Positions 36,278-48,830 of a stretch of DNA of 64,000 nucleotides are shown piece after piece. The stretch comes from Felis catus (taxonomy: Eukaryota). Numbering within the stretch: position 1 is the first letter of the stretch; each line of letters opens with the position of its first letter. The stretch is taken from the NCBI RefSeq assembly GCF_018350175.1, contig NC_058368.1, positions 59,708,001 to 59,772,000 on the forward strand. The letters run 5' to 3'. The notes under the pieces are model-generated. The model was not told the origin of the DNA, did not search any database, and saw nothing but the letters and a program-made list of their open reading frames with translations. The translations under genes were made by a program, and so were the position numbers.

Positions 36278-36402
36278 CCAAGCAGGCTCAGTGCTGTCAG
36301 CGCAGAGCTGGACATGGGGTTCAAACCCATGAACCAGGAGATCATGACTGAACCAAAATCATGAGTAAGTGGCTTAACTGACTGAGCCCCCTACGCACCC
36401 CC
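36195..36402 (-). mobile_element. CAN-SINE
   Basis: T tail, (GA)n, GAGATCATGAC and CTTAACTGACTGAGCC motifs. Confidence 0.88.
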
Positions 36403-37290
36403 TATCATTTTAATCAAAGATTTCTTATGTACTTAGAAAATTGAATTGGTACTTGTGAATTTATTAATATAAGAAAATATTTGCAAATACGTAAAGGTAG
36501 ATAGTTTTATAACAATCTCATCTAATTCATCAGATAGAAAATTGGGTAGCTGCAAAAATGGCTCAAATACATTCATCCAATTTATGAAATAAAAGTAAAG
36601 CTTTTGAAAGTACATTTCATTAAAGATGGGTTTATGGCATTGTAAAGTATGTTATAAAGTTAGTTAAAAGTTACCTCAATAATAAAATTATTTTTGCAAT
36701 GACAAAATGCATTCTAAATTTGGTGAGGCAAATGTCATTGTGTGAACAACTTTTTTTTTAATTTTAGTCAGTTTTTTATTATAGTCAGAAAACTGTGGAT
36801 CCGAAATGACTTTGCAATAGATTGTGGTAAATATACACCTCTTGGTTCTATCCAAACAAGATGTAATGGTCTACCAATTGATGAGAAGCTTAAGTTATTA
36901 AAAGTTACACACACATACACACACATGTATACATGCACATGCAAACACCACAACTCTTTCTTTCTTATTTTAATATAAGGAGCCTGATGCTGATGCTGAA
37001 TACATAAAAATGCTCCAGCATGATAATGTTCATTTTCTCTTTTTGCTGCTCATTGTTAATTAGAACTTAAAACTTGGAAAAAATTAGTGACACGCAGTGG
37101 TATTCAATGCTTTTTTTAAATTTATTTTTTATTTTTACTTTTTACCAAATTCATATTAAAATTGCCAAATGAAGCCCCAAAATATTAAACTCCTGAATTT
37201 TGTAGAGAATTAAAATTAATGAAAAGAGTTATCAAAATTCATTCCACATACAAGACAAATATAAGTGAACTAAATAATGAAATATTTAAT

Positions 37291-37479
37291 TTTTTTATTT
37301 AAAATTTTTTTAAATGCTTTTTATTTATTTTGATACAGAGACAGAGCTTGAGCGGGGGAGGGGCAAAGAGAGGGAGACACAGAATCCGAAGCAGGCTCGC
37401 AGGGCTCGAACTCACGGACTATGCAATCATGACCTGAGCCGAAGTCGGACACTTAACCTACTGACCCACCCAGGCGCCC
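37291..37479 (-). mobile_element. CAN-SINE with ~31-bp internal deletion
   Basis: Reverse SINE ending CCACCCAGGCGCCC. Lacks the CAGGCTCTGAGCTGTCAGCACAGAGCCCGAC segment seen in neighbouring copies. Confidence 0.9.
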
Positions 37480-37560
37480 TGAAATAACGTTTAATTTTAA
37501 AATTATTTGATTAAACTTTGGAATATCTGAACATGTGGAAAGAATCGTTTGATGGGTTCA

Positions 37561-37773
37561 TTTTTTTTAAATGTTTATTTATTTTTTGAGAGAAAGAATC
37601 AGAGCATGAGTGGGGGAGGGGACAGAGAGAGAGGGAGTCACAGATTCCAAAGCAGGGTCCAGGCTCTGAGCTGTCAACACAGAACTTGACGCATGGCTAG
37701 AACTCAGGAACTGGTGAGTTCATGACCTGAGCGGAAGTCAGATGCTTAACTGACTGAGCCACCCAGGTGCCCC
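37561..37773 (-). mobile_element. CAN-SINE, SINEC_Fc-type
   Basis: T tail through CTGAGCCACCCAGGTGCCCC. Confidence 0.92.
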
Positions 37774-38112
37774 AACAGGTTCATAGTTTTAATTGGATAC
37801 ATTTATAATATTTACCTTAAATGGAATGAAAATTAGAAAATCTACAATTTTGTAGCATATAAATTTTGCAATACATTCAAATATTTATAAATAGTGACAA
37901 TTTAATTGATAAATATTATCTTCTTAAAATATTTGCCCAAAATAGGCAGAATGGAGGCAAAACACAAACAAAAACAAAGTATACTTGTAAAAATACTTGG
38001 CCTGCAATTTTTACAGATTTCAATTAAAAATGGAATTTTAAGAAGTCCTGCATTTAACTGAATTTGTTCTCAGCTGACTAGAACCTTCAGCATATTTAAG
38101 AAGAATATTCTT

Positions 38113-38319
38113 TATCTTTTTAAATGTTTATTTATTTTTGAGAAAGAGAGAGACAGAGCATGAGTGGGGAGGGACAAAGAGAAGACACAGAACCTGAAGC
38201 AGGCTCCAGGCTCTGAGCTGTCCCTACAGAGCCCCTTCTGGGGCTCGAACTCACAGACCACGAGATCATGACCTGAGCCGAAGTTGGTTGCTTACCCAAC
38301 TGAGCCACCCAGGAACCCC
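38113..38319 (-). mobile_element. CAN-SINE, SINEC_Fc-type
   Basis: T tail through CTGAGCCACCCAGGAACCCC. Imperfect TSD AAG(A/G)AGAATATT. Confidence 0.92.
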
Positions 38320-39071
38320 AAGGAGAATATTATTAAAAAAAAAAAACAACAACTATATTCAAAAGAGAAGAGTTAATAGATACTGCCAACCCTTCCAAAA
38401 TTTTTAATCACGAAGATACAATGATACAAAGCTCTAGGCAATTATTTAAAAATTAAAAATAATCAGATCACATTGAAAAATCAATTTGTTTTTAAGGAAA
38501 ATACCCTGACATTAGTAATAGCTAATAAGCTCAGAAACTCATTAGAGTACTGGAATATGTAGCAACAAATTACACTTTTTATGTTATCTTTTAATATCAA
38601 CAGCATATTTCTGTATTTTGCTTTTATATCTATATCTATACTATTTTCATTGTATAAACAAACTTATTTTTGAGCATGGATCTTGAGCAGAATTATTCCA
38701 CTGGTCCTTTGACATGATAAAATGATTTTATCAGAAAAATTGTATTCATTTTATTGCATCATTTCACTCTAAAACAATTTCTGGTTTTGAAATTAGATAC
38801 ATGATCGCATCAATCACACCTTTGTCTTATCTACATGGAGTAAGAGAGAGACAGAGATCCTATCCTATATGCACAAAATAGGAGATGATTCTGCAGAGAA
38901 CCAACATTCATCATGTAAAGCCACATCCTTCTCTGGTCCTTAGAAGCTACCTATTTTATTTTTCCCTGGTTCCCCAATACCTTCCCATGAACTCACTCTG
39001 GTGAACCAGCATACATGCATTTACTTTTATATCCCAGCTGTGTGCAATATGCCCAACTTCCCGATTTATAC

Positions 39072-39143
39072 GTTGTTGTTGTTGTTGTTGTGTGTGTGTG
39101 AGAGAGAGAGAGACAGAGAGAGACAAAAAGAGACAGAGAGAGA
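39072..39143. repeat. Compound (GTT)n(GT)n(GA)n microsatellite
   Basis: Read directly. Confidence 0.9.
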
Positions 39144-39277
39144 GGAGGATTCCTTTGGTAGGGTAGAGGTAGGGATTACGGCATGATTTACGATTAAAAT
39201 CAGCATTGAATGGGTAAAATTGTACTGAAATCACAGATTGGTGGAAAATCTACCTGAGTTTAAATGAGTTTTTCCTT

Positions 39278-39483
39278 GGAGCATCTGGGTTGCTCAGTCA
39301 GTTAAGCATCTGACTCATGATTTGGGCTCAGGTTATAGTCACTATTCATGAGCTTGAGCCCCACGTGGGTCTCTGTGCTTGACAGTATGGGACTTGCTTG
39401 GGATTCTCTCTCTCTTCCTCTCTCTCTGACCTTCCCCCACTCTTCTCTCTCTCTCAGAATAAATAAGTAAAAACTTAAAAAAA
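39278..39483 (+). mobile_element. CAN-SINE (older)
   Basis: GGAGCATCTGGGTTGCTCAGTCAGTTAAG head, CT tract. TSD TAAATGAGTT(T/C)TTCCTT at 39261-39277 and 39484-39500. Confidence 0.9.
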
Positions 39484-42400
39484 TAAATGAGTTCTTCCTT
39501 TTTATGCTTTCCTCGGGCCTGTCTACAAGGATATATCTTATTTGCCACACTTCTAGAGTTTTTGGTTCCTCCAGTCATTCCTATGTCCTCTGTAACTCTT
39601 CAGATATCTCTTAATGTGGTATTATTAAAGGTATACTAAGAATAAACAATATGCAGAATAAAGGAGAATATTCATTAATTATAAGTATTTAATGTTTAGT
39701 CATCATATGTGTAAATAAACCTGGTTAAATTTAAATATATCAAATGCAGTTCCAAAAGGAAGTGGTCAGTCATCATGGTGTAAAGAACACAGTTTCAAAA
39801 TTTCAGAGTTTATTGAAAAGATTTTTAGAGTACATGGTATAATTTTAAAACAGAGGAAAGTTTAATGTTACCTTAACACATGAAATGTTGCAAGGGATGG
39901 TCATGATATTTGACTTATTAGCTATTATAATTATTAAAAGATTATAATTATCACTATTTATAACTATTTTCCAAACAATGTTATGAATCATTTCTCTGTG
40001 ATGGCTTTTGATTTCAGAAACTTAGGAAAACTATTTTAGAATGGAAAACACAAACTGAAATTACACAAGAAAAGATACAATACCCACATACTCACCCAGA
40101 AACATAGACCCCCAAAAAAATTCAAACAAAATAATGACTAACACTTAAAAATTCATTCTACTGTCAATAAGGTACATAAGACTTATTTGATTTGCTTTGG
40201 AAGTTTGCCAAATGATGTAGGTAAAAGTGTACTTTCACAAATGATTTCTTATAAGGTTTCTTTCATTACAGTTGTGATAAATTCATGCTGATGTGGAATT
40301 ACAAGGGAGAGAAATGTCCAAAAAAAATTCAAAGGAACATAGAGCCAATTTTCCTCTTCTTCTGCTCCATGATTTCTGTTTAACACAATAACGGTTTTAG
40401 ATAATCTGAGTTAAATGCTATCACTATTTATAGAGAGAAAAAAATCCCGTTTCCCACATATAAGATTATGAGTTCGTTATGCAGTAGGGAAAGAAATAAG
40501 CAGTACATCAAATGTATAGGGCCACAAAAATTAAATCACAGTCATGCAAGGGGGAAAAAAGAAGAATCAAGAGAGTGTTGCAACATAGTATCCTTTTGTC
40601 TTTCAAATCTCTGTGGTTTCTCTCTGGCTTTCAGGCTGTGAGATCATTCTTCATTCCTTCCTTCAGCTGGACAATTACTCACTCCAGGGAGTAAGTCCAC
40701 ATGGGGTCAAACCCTGCTGTGTGCAGAAAGAGAATCCCTGCAGATTTTTTTTCAAAAAAATTTTATTCTACTTTTTGACTAGGGAAAAAAACTGACAGTT
40801 ATCCTGAGAGTATTTTTTAAAAGGAAAATATTTGGCTGGAAAGAAAAAAAAATTAAAGAGATATTTCCCCAGTCTCTCTATAAGAAAAGATTTCACATAT
40901 TTATTGATTGTTACAATCAACTTTGAGGATGAGTGTAAATTTATCCCATGGATTAAATTCCTAAGCAACAGATCCTAACTTCAAAATGTTAACTTTGGAC
41001 AACAACAACAAAAAATACCTATATATCTAAGGCATTCAGAAATGTGGTGTCAAAAATTAATAAATCTTTTATAAAAGCATCTCTATGATTGCATGCTGCA
41101 ATCAATAATTTTTTAAATATTGTGGTGATAGAAATTCATACAGGCTCATTAGAAATATACACAAGTAATGTTAATATGTGTTTGCTTGTTGACTTTTTTT
41201 CAGTATTGTACTCTTATATAGGAAGCAGGAGCCTATAAAGTTGGTATCTATAATTAAATGTTTTAAATACCACATTTGTATGATGTCAATGGAAAGTCAG
41301 AATGATTTGAAATTTATTAGAGGAAAAAAACTTGGGATTACTGGTTCTGGTTTGTTTGGATACTAGTAAAATTATCCACTAAAATCACTTAGATATACTA
41401 AATAAAAGAGGAATACATTGAGTAAACTATACCATGCACATAGATGGAAAGATATAATGCTGTTATAGTGGCGTTCCCCCAAAACCATTCTGTAAAATAT
41501 ATGGGACTCCAAAATCCAAGTAAGTTTGGTAACAAGTCCTCACATAATCAAATATATTTAACTGTTTAAAAAAGAGTGACTCTTCAGTAAGATATTTGGA
41601 TTTATTTTCAAATTGTAATAATTAACATCATACGTCGTTGGTGCTAGAATATTACAGAAACATGCCCACATATGATTAGAAATTTGGCATATCATGTTAG
41701 GCATGCACCAAATAATTTAAAATCACAATATCAGTGTTATTACAGTAATTACATTATATTTATGAAAACTCAAAACTTTATTCAATAGATGTCTTCTCCC
41801 TCACACTTTCAGGGTTGCTCCTCATTGAAAGCCTACGTGAAAATAAAAGGATATTAATAAGCCAGGTGCTTCCCTCTCTTCTAATTACACAGTGCCCTTG
41901 CCCTTCTAACCTTGGTTTAATACCATCCAGGATTGGGTAAGAATTGATTAGAGGGAAGGAGAAAGTGGAGAAAGGAGGAAGAAGGTGGCTAGAGTTGTAA
42001 TCCCTCACTGGATCCTTTTTAGATATAGAGACTGACATCAGTCCTAGTCAGATACTATTTTAAATATATCTACTTACTCTTCTTTTGTATCATTGCTTCC
42101 CTTCCTGAAGTTTGCTAATCATACACTCATCCATTTTGCTGACTTCTTGTTTAGGAACACATTTTGTGGTTTGAGAATTTTTAGATGACACGGGTAGTCT
42201 GAAATTGGAACACAAATGCACTTGAGGTACAGTTTGTGGTTACCTATTCCTGGTTGAAAATTTGTTTCCTCCAGCCAGTACCAGTTTTCGAATAGGGAGA
42301 TTCTCTTTGTGGATCATTCCATAGGATGAAATTACATTTATTTCATCATTACTTAAGGTATGGAACTTTTTGGTCCATATTCATGCGAAAGCTTTTATTT

Positions 42401-43399
42401 GACCATGAAGTTAAGATAGTTTCCAGATTTTACCTCTTTTCTCTCAAATCCATGTGACCCTCAAATAGAAATTTAAGTTCACTAGGGTTCAGCAGATGTG
42501 TCAAATGGAAAATCAAGGTTAGACACACATCCCCACTCAGCATTCACAGTCCTATTTGGTTTTGGCTTCTGATAATATTTACTTTTTTTTTTTTGGAGCA
42601 GATTTCTTTTTACTCTGTCTCCATATCCATCTCTCATTTTCATTGGATTTAGTGATTGTATTTGTGATAAAATTAAGTGTGCCATTCTGCAAGGACAGAA
42701 GTTTTTTGTTCTGTTGTTAATATACTTTGCGGTAATCAGTCCAGATTCTAACAGTAGTGTCAATAATTCATCTTTTAATTTATTATTATAAATATTCTAG
42801 AGGACACACATGGTAGGATGAAATAAGTGCTAGCCAGCCACATGCTATTTTAAATATATCTCTTTTTTTTTTTACTTCTGTATCATTTCCTCCATTACTG
42901 AGGGTAGATAATCACATACTCATTTTTATTTCTATGTAAGTTGAATGAAACTTTATGAATGCAATTTTAAATGTGTACCTGCTTATTGTTTTTGAGAAAT
43001 GCTATGTTTAGCTTTGACAATTCTAGGGAAGGGTGATCCTGAAAATCACAGCACTCTTATGAACTTGGGTAGAATATAAATGGAAGGCTAGATCTATCCT
43101 CCTACTAAGTTATATTTTAAATCTTCTTTGTTCATGGCCCTAAAGACATTAATGTAATTAGTGCCAAAATTTTTAAGCAAAGTGCCTTGCTATTAAATAC
43201 CCAAAGGTCAGTAATTCGTATTAGTCAATGGTTAAAAGTAACAATTGCTATATTTAGCAACACTGATATCAAGCTAAACATCCCTAAATTGTAGTAATGT
43301 AACAGATTTAAAAGTCTACCTAGAACCTAATGTTTACACTAATACTAAAGTTCTTGGAAAATGAATATTTTCTTTGGAAAACATTAGAATATCCAACAT

Positions 43400-43900
43400 A
43401 TGGAAACAATGCAAGGATCCATGGATGGATGACTGGATAAAGAAGATGTGTTGTGTATATATATATACAATGGAATACTACTCAACCATAGAGGAGAATG
43501 AATCTTGCCATGTGCAACAACATGGATGGACATGGAGGGTGTTATGCTGAGTGAAGTAAGTCAGAGAAATGCTACATGATTTTGCTTATATGTGGAATCT
43601 AAGACAAACAAACAAACAACAACAACAACAACAAAAACCCAGGTCCATACAGAGAAGGGAGGAAAATGGGTGAAGGAGGTTAAGAAGTACAGAGTTCCAG
43701 TTTTAAGATAAGTAATGGGACTGTAATATACAGTAATAACATTGTTTTAGTTTTATAAAGTGACAGATGTTACCGAGAGTTATTGTGGTGACCATTTCAA
43801 AATGTATACCAATATATAAAAATGTGGAATCATTGTGTTGTATACCTGAAACCAGTATAATATCTTGATTATACCTTAATAAGAAAAAAAAAAACAAAAA
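43400..43900 (+). mobile_element. Old L1 (L1MA/carnivore) 3' end
   Basis: GATGACTGGATAAAGAAGATGTG, ACAATGGAATACTACTCA and ATGCTGAGTGAAGTAAGTCAG motifs, 3'UTR and A tail. Confidence 0.88.
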
Positions 43901-44292
43901 ACAACACATCGAATGAAAAAAGTAAAAAACAAAAACAAAAACAAAAATTATACATCTTGTTTTCTTCAGGACCATATGAGCTGCATCAGAAGACATGATT
44001 TACGTGATCTAAAACAACAAAATTTGCTTGTAGCATTTCTAGAATACACACATTTGGTTCTATCCTTGGTTCTGCGTCAGATTTTATAATACATTTCATT
44101 ATTTGTTTGATTCCGCTGCATATATTCCTGGTCTGCTGCCAGGATAAACTACACTTTGTTCATTGGTACCCCAATGCTTTTCAAACATCCAATTAATAGT
44201 ATATAAACAACTAAATGTTATTACATCTCATCTCTATTCTCATAGAGCAATTAAGAATGCATATTAATAATATGAAAAGATAACATTGTTCT

Positions 44293-44416
44293 TTTTTTGT
44301 TTTGTTTTGTTTTGTTTCTTAAGTTTATTTTATTTTGAGAGAGAGAGAGGCAGAGAAAGACAGAATCCCAAGCAGGCTCCACACTGTCAACACAGAGTCC
44401 AATGCAGGACTTGAAC
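44293..44416 (-). mobile_element. 5'-truncated CAN-SINE
   Basis: Only the 3' half, from B-box GTTCAAG onward. Perfect 16-bp TSD AAGATAACATTGTTCT at 44277-44292 and 44417-44432. Confidence 0.88.
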
Positions 44417-45964
44417 AAGATAACATTGTTCTAGCTGTTCTGATGTGTATTCTTATTCTTATACTATTGTGATGGAAAGTAGGGAATGGCTAGATTTGGA
44501 GATGAAAGAAAATCTCATCATCAAAACAGTTTTGACTGATGCCCCTGTACCTGGTACTTCCCTCACTGTTCAAAGCTTGTTTCCGGTGGTTCATCATCTG
44601 ATTGCTATTAACATGACCTCACCAGACTTCTGTTGTTCAGATTATATTGTATCAGCTTTGCTTTTATTTGGACCATTTAACCAACCTTCTGTATATTCTG
44701 AGTAGCAACTATAACCACATTATTTCTAACAAAATGCCCTTACGTGAACATTTGTATTTTTATTGATTGGATACTTCCATACCTGTCCTTGTCTATCCCA
44801 GTACACAGCTGTTCTCATCTATTCTGGGATCCATACCATGCCTTTTAAAAATTACTTTCCTCCTATCTCCATGAATATGAAATTCTTTCTTATTTCCCAA
44901 GCTTGTCTAGGATAAAAGTATTGCAAATGAGTAATTAGTACTTGATGTTTATTTTTCCAGTGAATGAATTTTCAAGCAGTTATTTTATTTTCAAACGGTA
45001 AAGGCAATAGCAAAAAAAGAATGAACAGCATTGAATGAGTTGCAGGCATGCACCTATTGTCTGTGGTATGTGCAGCAATTTTCCCTTTTATGTACATTTT
45101 CCTTGAAATATGAGACTTTTATGTTGGGGAAAATATAGTTACATTTTTATCACATGATGTTAAAAATGAATTTGTTAAACATTTCAAGTGGTTTCTCTCT
45201 TTAAATGTCAGCAACATGTTCATTGAAATCATATCTAATAACCATTAGTTGGTATTTTCAGGTATTATTTTCTTTCATAGAGATTTATTCTACTTAAATG
45301 TAAAAGCATACAAGAATTTCCATTTTTAGTCCACAATATAATGTGGAGAACTGAACACAAGGTGCCTTTCATCCAGAATAGGTAGAGGTAAATTTTATAA
45401 ACAGAGATCACATTTAATTATGAGAAAGAGAAGGATGAGTTTTTCAAGGAGGCAACTTTTTTCCAATTCGAATAACTCCCAACACCTTCAAAAAGTTGAG
45501 AGCAAACACAAACACATAGACATACACACATAAAGACAAAAATACAGAATTCTAAATTACTCTACTCAGAAAGGAATAAGCCTTAAAGTAAGCATCTGAT
45601 TTGCAATTTCTTTGATAATAATGTTTGCATAAAGGGAATAGGTTATTTTTAGCAGTGGTTGCTCTAGATGACATGAAAATAAAATTCAAAATGTAATTTT
45701 CTGAAATATAGTATGGTTTTTCCTTTATTTAAATGTGCTTACACACTCAACTAACTTTTATATAATGTTTTATCAACCCAATATTTTATAATAAAACTAC
45801 AATGTGAAATCGCTTGTCTTTTAATATTAATGCAGGTAAACCTATTTTATTATTGTTTTGATTATTGAATATGAGAATTATTATAAACTGCATTAAAATA
45901 ATACACTATAAAATATATGTTCAGTGTATTCTCTACATGTGAAATAAATGAAGTTTATTTAGTT

Positions 45965-46770
45965 ATTTTTAATTTTATTTAAATCCAAGTTACCTAACAT
46001 AGAGTGTAATAATGGTTTTAGAAGTAGAATTTAGTGATTCCTCACTTACATATAACATCCAGTGCTCATCCCAAGAAGTGCCCTCCTTAATGCTCATCAC
46101 CCATTTATTTGTTCTATTTGTGAGTCTCTTATGGTTTGCCTCGCTCTCTGTTTTCATCTTATTTTTCCTTCCCTTCCCTGATGTTCATATGTTTTGTTTC
46201 TTGAATTCCACGTATGAGTGAAATCATAATATTTATCTTTATGTGGCTGACTTATTTCACTTAGCATAATATAGTCTTGTTCCATCCACGTTGTTGCAAA
46301 TGGCAAGATTTCATTCTTTTTGATAACCGAGTAATATTCCATTGTATGTATAAACCACTTCTTTATCCATTCCTCAGTCGATGAACATTGGGATCTTTCC
46401 ATAATTTGGCTATTATTGATAGGGCTGCTATAAACATTGGGGTGTGTGTGGCCCTTTGAATCAGCATTTTGTAATCCCCCTTTGAATCAGCAATGTATCA
46501 GCAATTGTTGGGTCATAGGGTAACTCTTTTTAATTTTTTTGAGGAATCTCTATACTGCTTTCCTAAGTGGCTGCACTAGTTTGCCTTCCCACCAACAGTG
46601 CAAAAGGATTCCCCTTTCTCTGCATCGTCACCATCTGTTGTTTTCTTTTAGCCATTCTGACAGGTGTGAGGTGGTATCTCATTGTGGTTTTAGTTTGTAT
46701 TTCCCCGATGATGAGTGATGTTGAGCATCTTTTCATGCGTCAGCCATCTGGATGTCTTATTTGGAAATTT
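45965..46770 (-). mobile_element. Carnivore L1 3' end
   Basis: Reverse peptide QCSSTEEWIKKWFIHTMEYYSVIKKNEILPFATTWME..IMLSEISQ matches the ORF2 C-terminus. Confidence 0.92.
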
Positions 46771-46819
46771 GTTCCAGATAAACAAATTTCAGTTGTATTT
46801 TTCTGGATGTTCATGCCTC

Positions 46820-46972
46820 TCTAACTGTTGGGATGACAGTTTACCTTTGACCCCGCATCCCTGATGAACCAAAAGAAGTTAATTGACTTTCAATTTGACT
46901 ATTTTTTTCCTTTGTAAGGACAGGATATATGTCTTTCAAGTTCTTTACATATCAGAGGTGAAATTGGAAGAT
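46820..46972 (-). mobile_element. Ancient L1M 5'-end fragment
   Basis: AAGAAGTTAATTGACTTTTCA..TTTCAAGTTCTTTACATATCAGAG is similar to 55387-55480 in this window and to recalled L1M 5' ends. Confidence 0.5.
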
Positions 46973-47672
46973 TGTTTTACTTTTTATTAGTGCCATACAA
47001 AATAAAAAGTACAAGCAGAGGGTTTGAATATTTGAATTTTTGCTTAAATAAAAACATATATATGTGCTCCTGTATCTGTTTCTGCTTGATATTACATTTT
47101 CTTTATCAAGAAAGTTAGCATAAATTTTACTGCTAAATATATAGATGTAAATATGAAAGGAAAAATCTGAGTGGATCCGTACTGCAGCAACCTAAATGTA
47201 TTGTTTATTATTAAATAATGCACGCTATTTTAATGTTGAATAACCAATTTCTGTTACATTTGATACCCCAGCATAGCACTGTTTATCAACTATTGCAGCT
47301 GACTGACTCATTGGGGATTTACTATACTTACATATTATTTCTGGGGAAACCAGATTCCCAGGAGGTAAAGAGAAAGATTCCCAGAAAATAAACCTACAAT
47401 TGATGCGTATCATTTAACTATTTACGTAAACTTTTGGGTTGGTGTAAGAATGTTAAAAAGTATGCCCTGCAGTATAAGAATTATTTTAGAAAGATAGAAG
47501 AAAAGTGGATAAATAATAAATTTCAGAAATGATAAAAAAATGAAAAAATAGTACTAAGATGAATTTTAGATTATTGCTATGAAAAATACAACAGCCCTTA
47601 TTTTTCAAATATGTATTAGGTAACTAATTATGTTTTGCAAATATTATTGTTTTCATACAAGCTGAATACTTT

Positions 47673-47892
47673 TTTTTTAATGTATTAATTTTTGAGAGAG
47701 AGAGAGAGAGAGAATGAGTGGGGAAGGGGCAGAGAGAGAGGGAGATACAGAATCCGAAGCAGGCTCCAGGCTCTGAGCTGTCAGCACAGATCCTAGGGGT
47801 TGGGGGGGTGGGGGTTGGGTGGTGCTCCAACCCACAAGCCCTGAGATCATGACCTGAGCCGAAGTCGGAGGCCCAACTGACTGAGCCCCTAG
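47673..47892 (-). mobile_element. CAN-SINE with internal G-rich expansion
   Basis: Reverse SINE body. TSD AAG(C/G)TGAATACTTT at 47659-47672 and 47893-47906. G-run insert at 47796-47822. Confidence 0.88.
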
Positions 47893-47921
47893 AAGGTGAA
47901 TACTTTAAAAACTCTTCTCTT

Positions 47922-48140
47922 GGGGCGCCTGGGTGGCGCAGTTGGTTAAGCGTCCGACTTCAGCCAGGTCACGATCTCGCAGTCTGTGAGTTCGAGCCCC
48001 GCGTCAGGCTCTGGGCTGATGGCTCAGAGCCTGGAGCCTGCTTCCGATTCTGTGTCTCCCTCTCTCTCTGCCCCTCCCCCGTTCATGCTCTCTCTCTCTC
48101 TCTCTGTCCCAAAAATAAATAAAAGTTGAAAAAAAAAAAA
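47922..48140 (+). mobile_element. CAN-SINE, young SINEC_Fc-type
   Basis: GGGGCGCCTGGGTGGCGCAG head, B box, CT tract, A tail. TSD core CTCTTCTCTT on both sides. Confidence 0.95.
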
Positions 48141-48260
48141 AAACCCTCTTCTCTTTATCATCATACAAACTATATATATATACTCATGTCTAAATTGACT
48201 GAATCTATTAATGGTAATATTTATAAACAAAATTCACAATTTCTAAATTGACAAACAAGA

Positions 48261-48830
48261 TGTTACCAGGTTGCTCCATTCTAGTCCCAGATGCACCAAA
48301 GAATTGGAGACCCGAGACCAGAATAGAGTTTATTGAGTAGATAAGTAAGGATACTTGGAAGAGTGAAAGCAGGCCACTGCCCAAGCATGAGTGGCAATGG
48401 CACTGAGAAGCTTTATCTTTATCTTTCTAAGCCTGTTTTGGGTATGTGTACATTTGGCTTTGATTGACAATTTTGATCGACAGCTGGTGGTTGTATAATA
48501 TTTTGGCTTCTGCACATGTGTCTACCCAGGATGCAGTCTGTTTTAATTGAATGTACTTATGCTTTAATGTATTTATCAGTGTCTAGTGAGCTTTTGTTGT
48601 AAACTTAAAGGTACTTAAGGGCAAGTTGCACCTTTTGTCTGTATGCTCAGCTCTTAGAAGTCCCCTTTTGGCTTTTGAGCCACCTCTGTGGCTAGGCCTT
48701 TCCAGTGCTATTAGCCCTCAGGGGAGGCTCTGAAGGTGTGGCTGTTAAACCTGGGGGCAGGTAGGGCCAGAGGTTGTGGCCAGAACCTTCTTTATAACCT
48801 CCTTGCTCATGCCTAGCTAATTGCCCAACA
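48261..48830 (-). mobile_element. ERV solo LTR (~570 bp)
   Basis: Starts TGTT and ends AACA (TG...CA inverted termini). GC-richer than flanks. AATAAA on the minus strand (~48328-48333) followed by a short U5-like end. Confidence 0.7.

Noticed and set aside
46452..46505. Short local duplications (also 15866-15900, 32638-32673, 56036-56071, 59731-59796)
   Set aside because: Ordinary slippage duplications in decayed repeats or AT-rich DNA with no sign of function.
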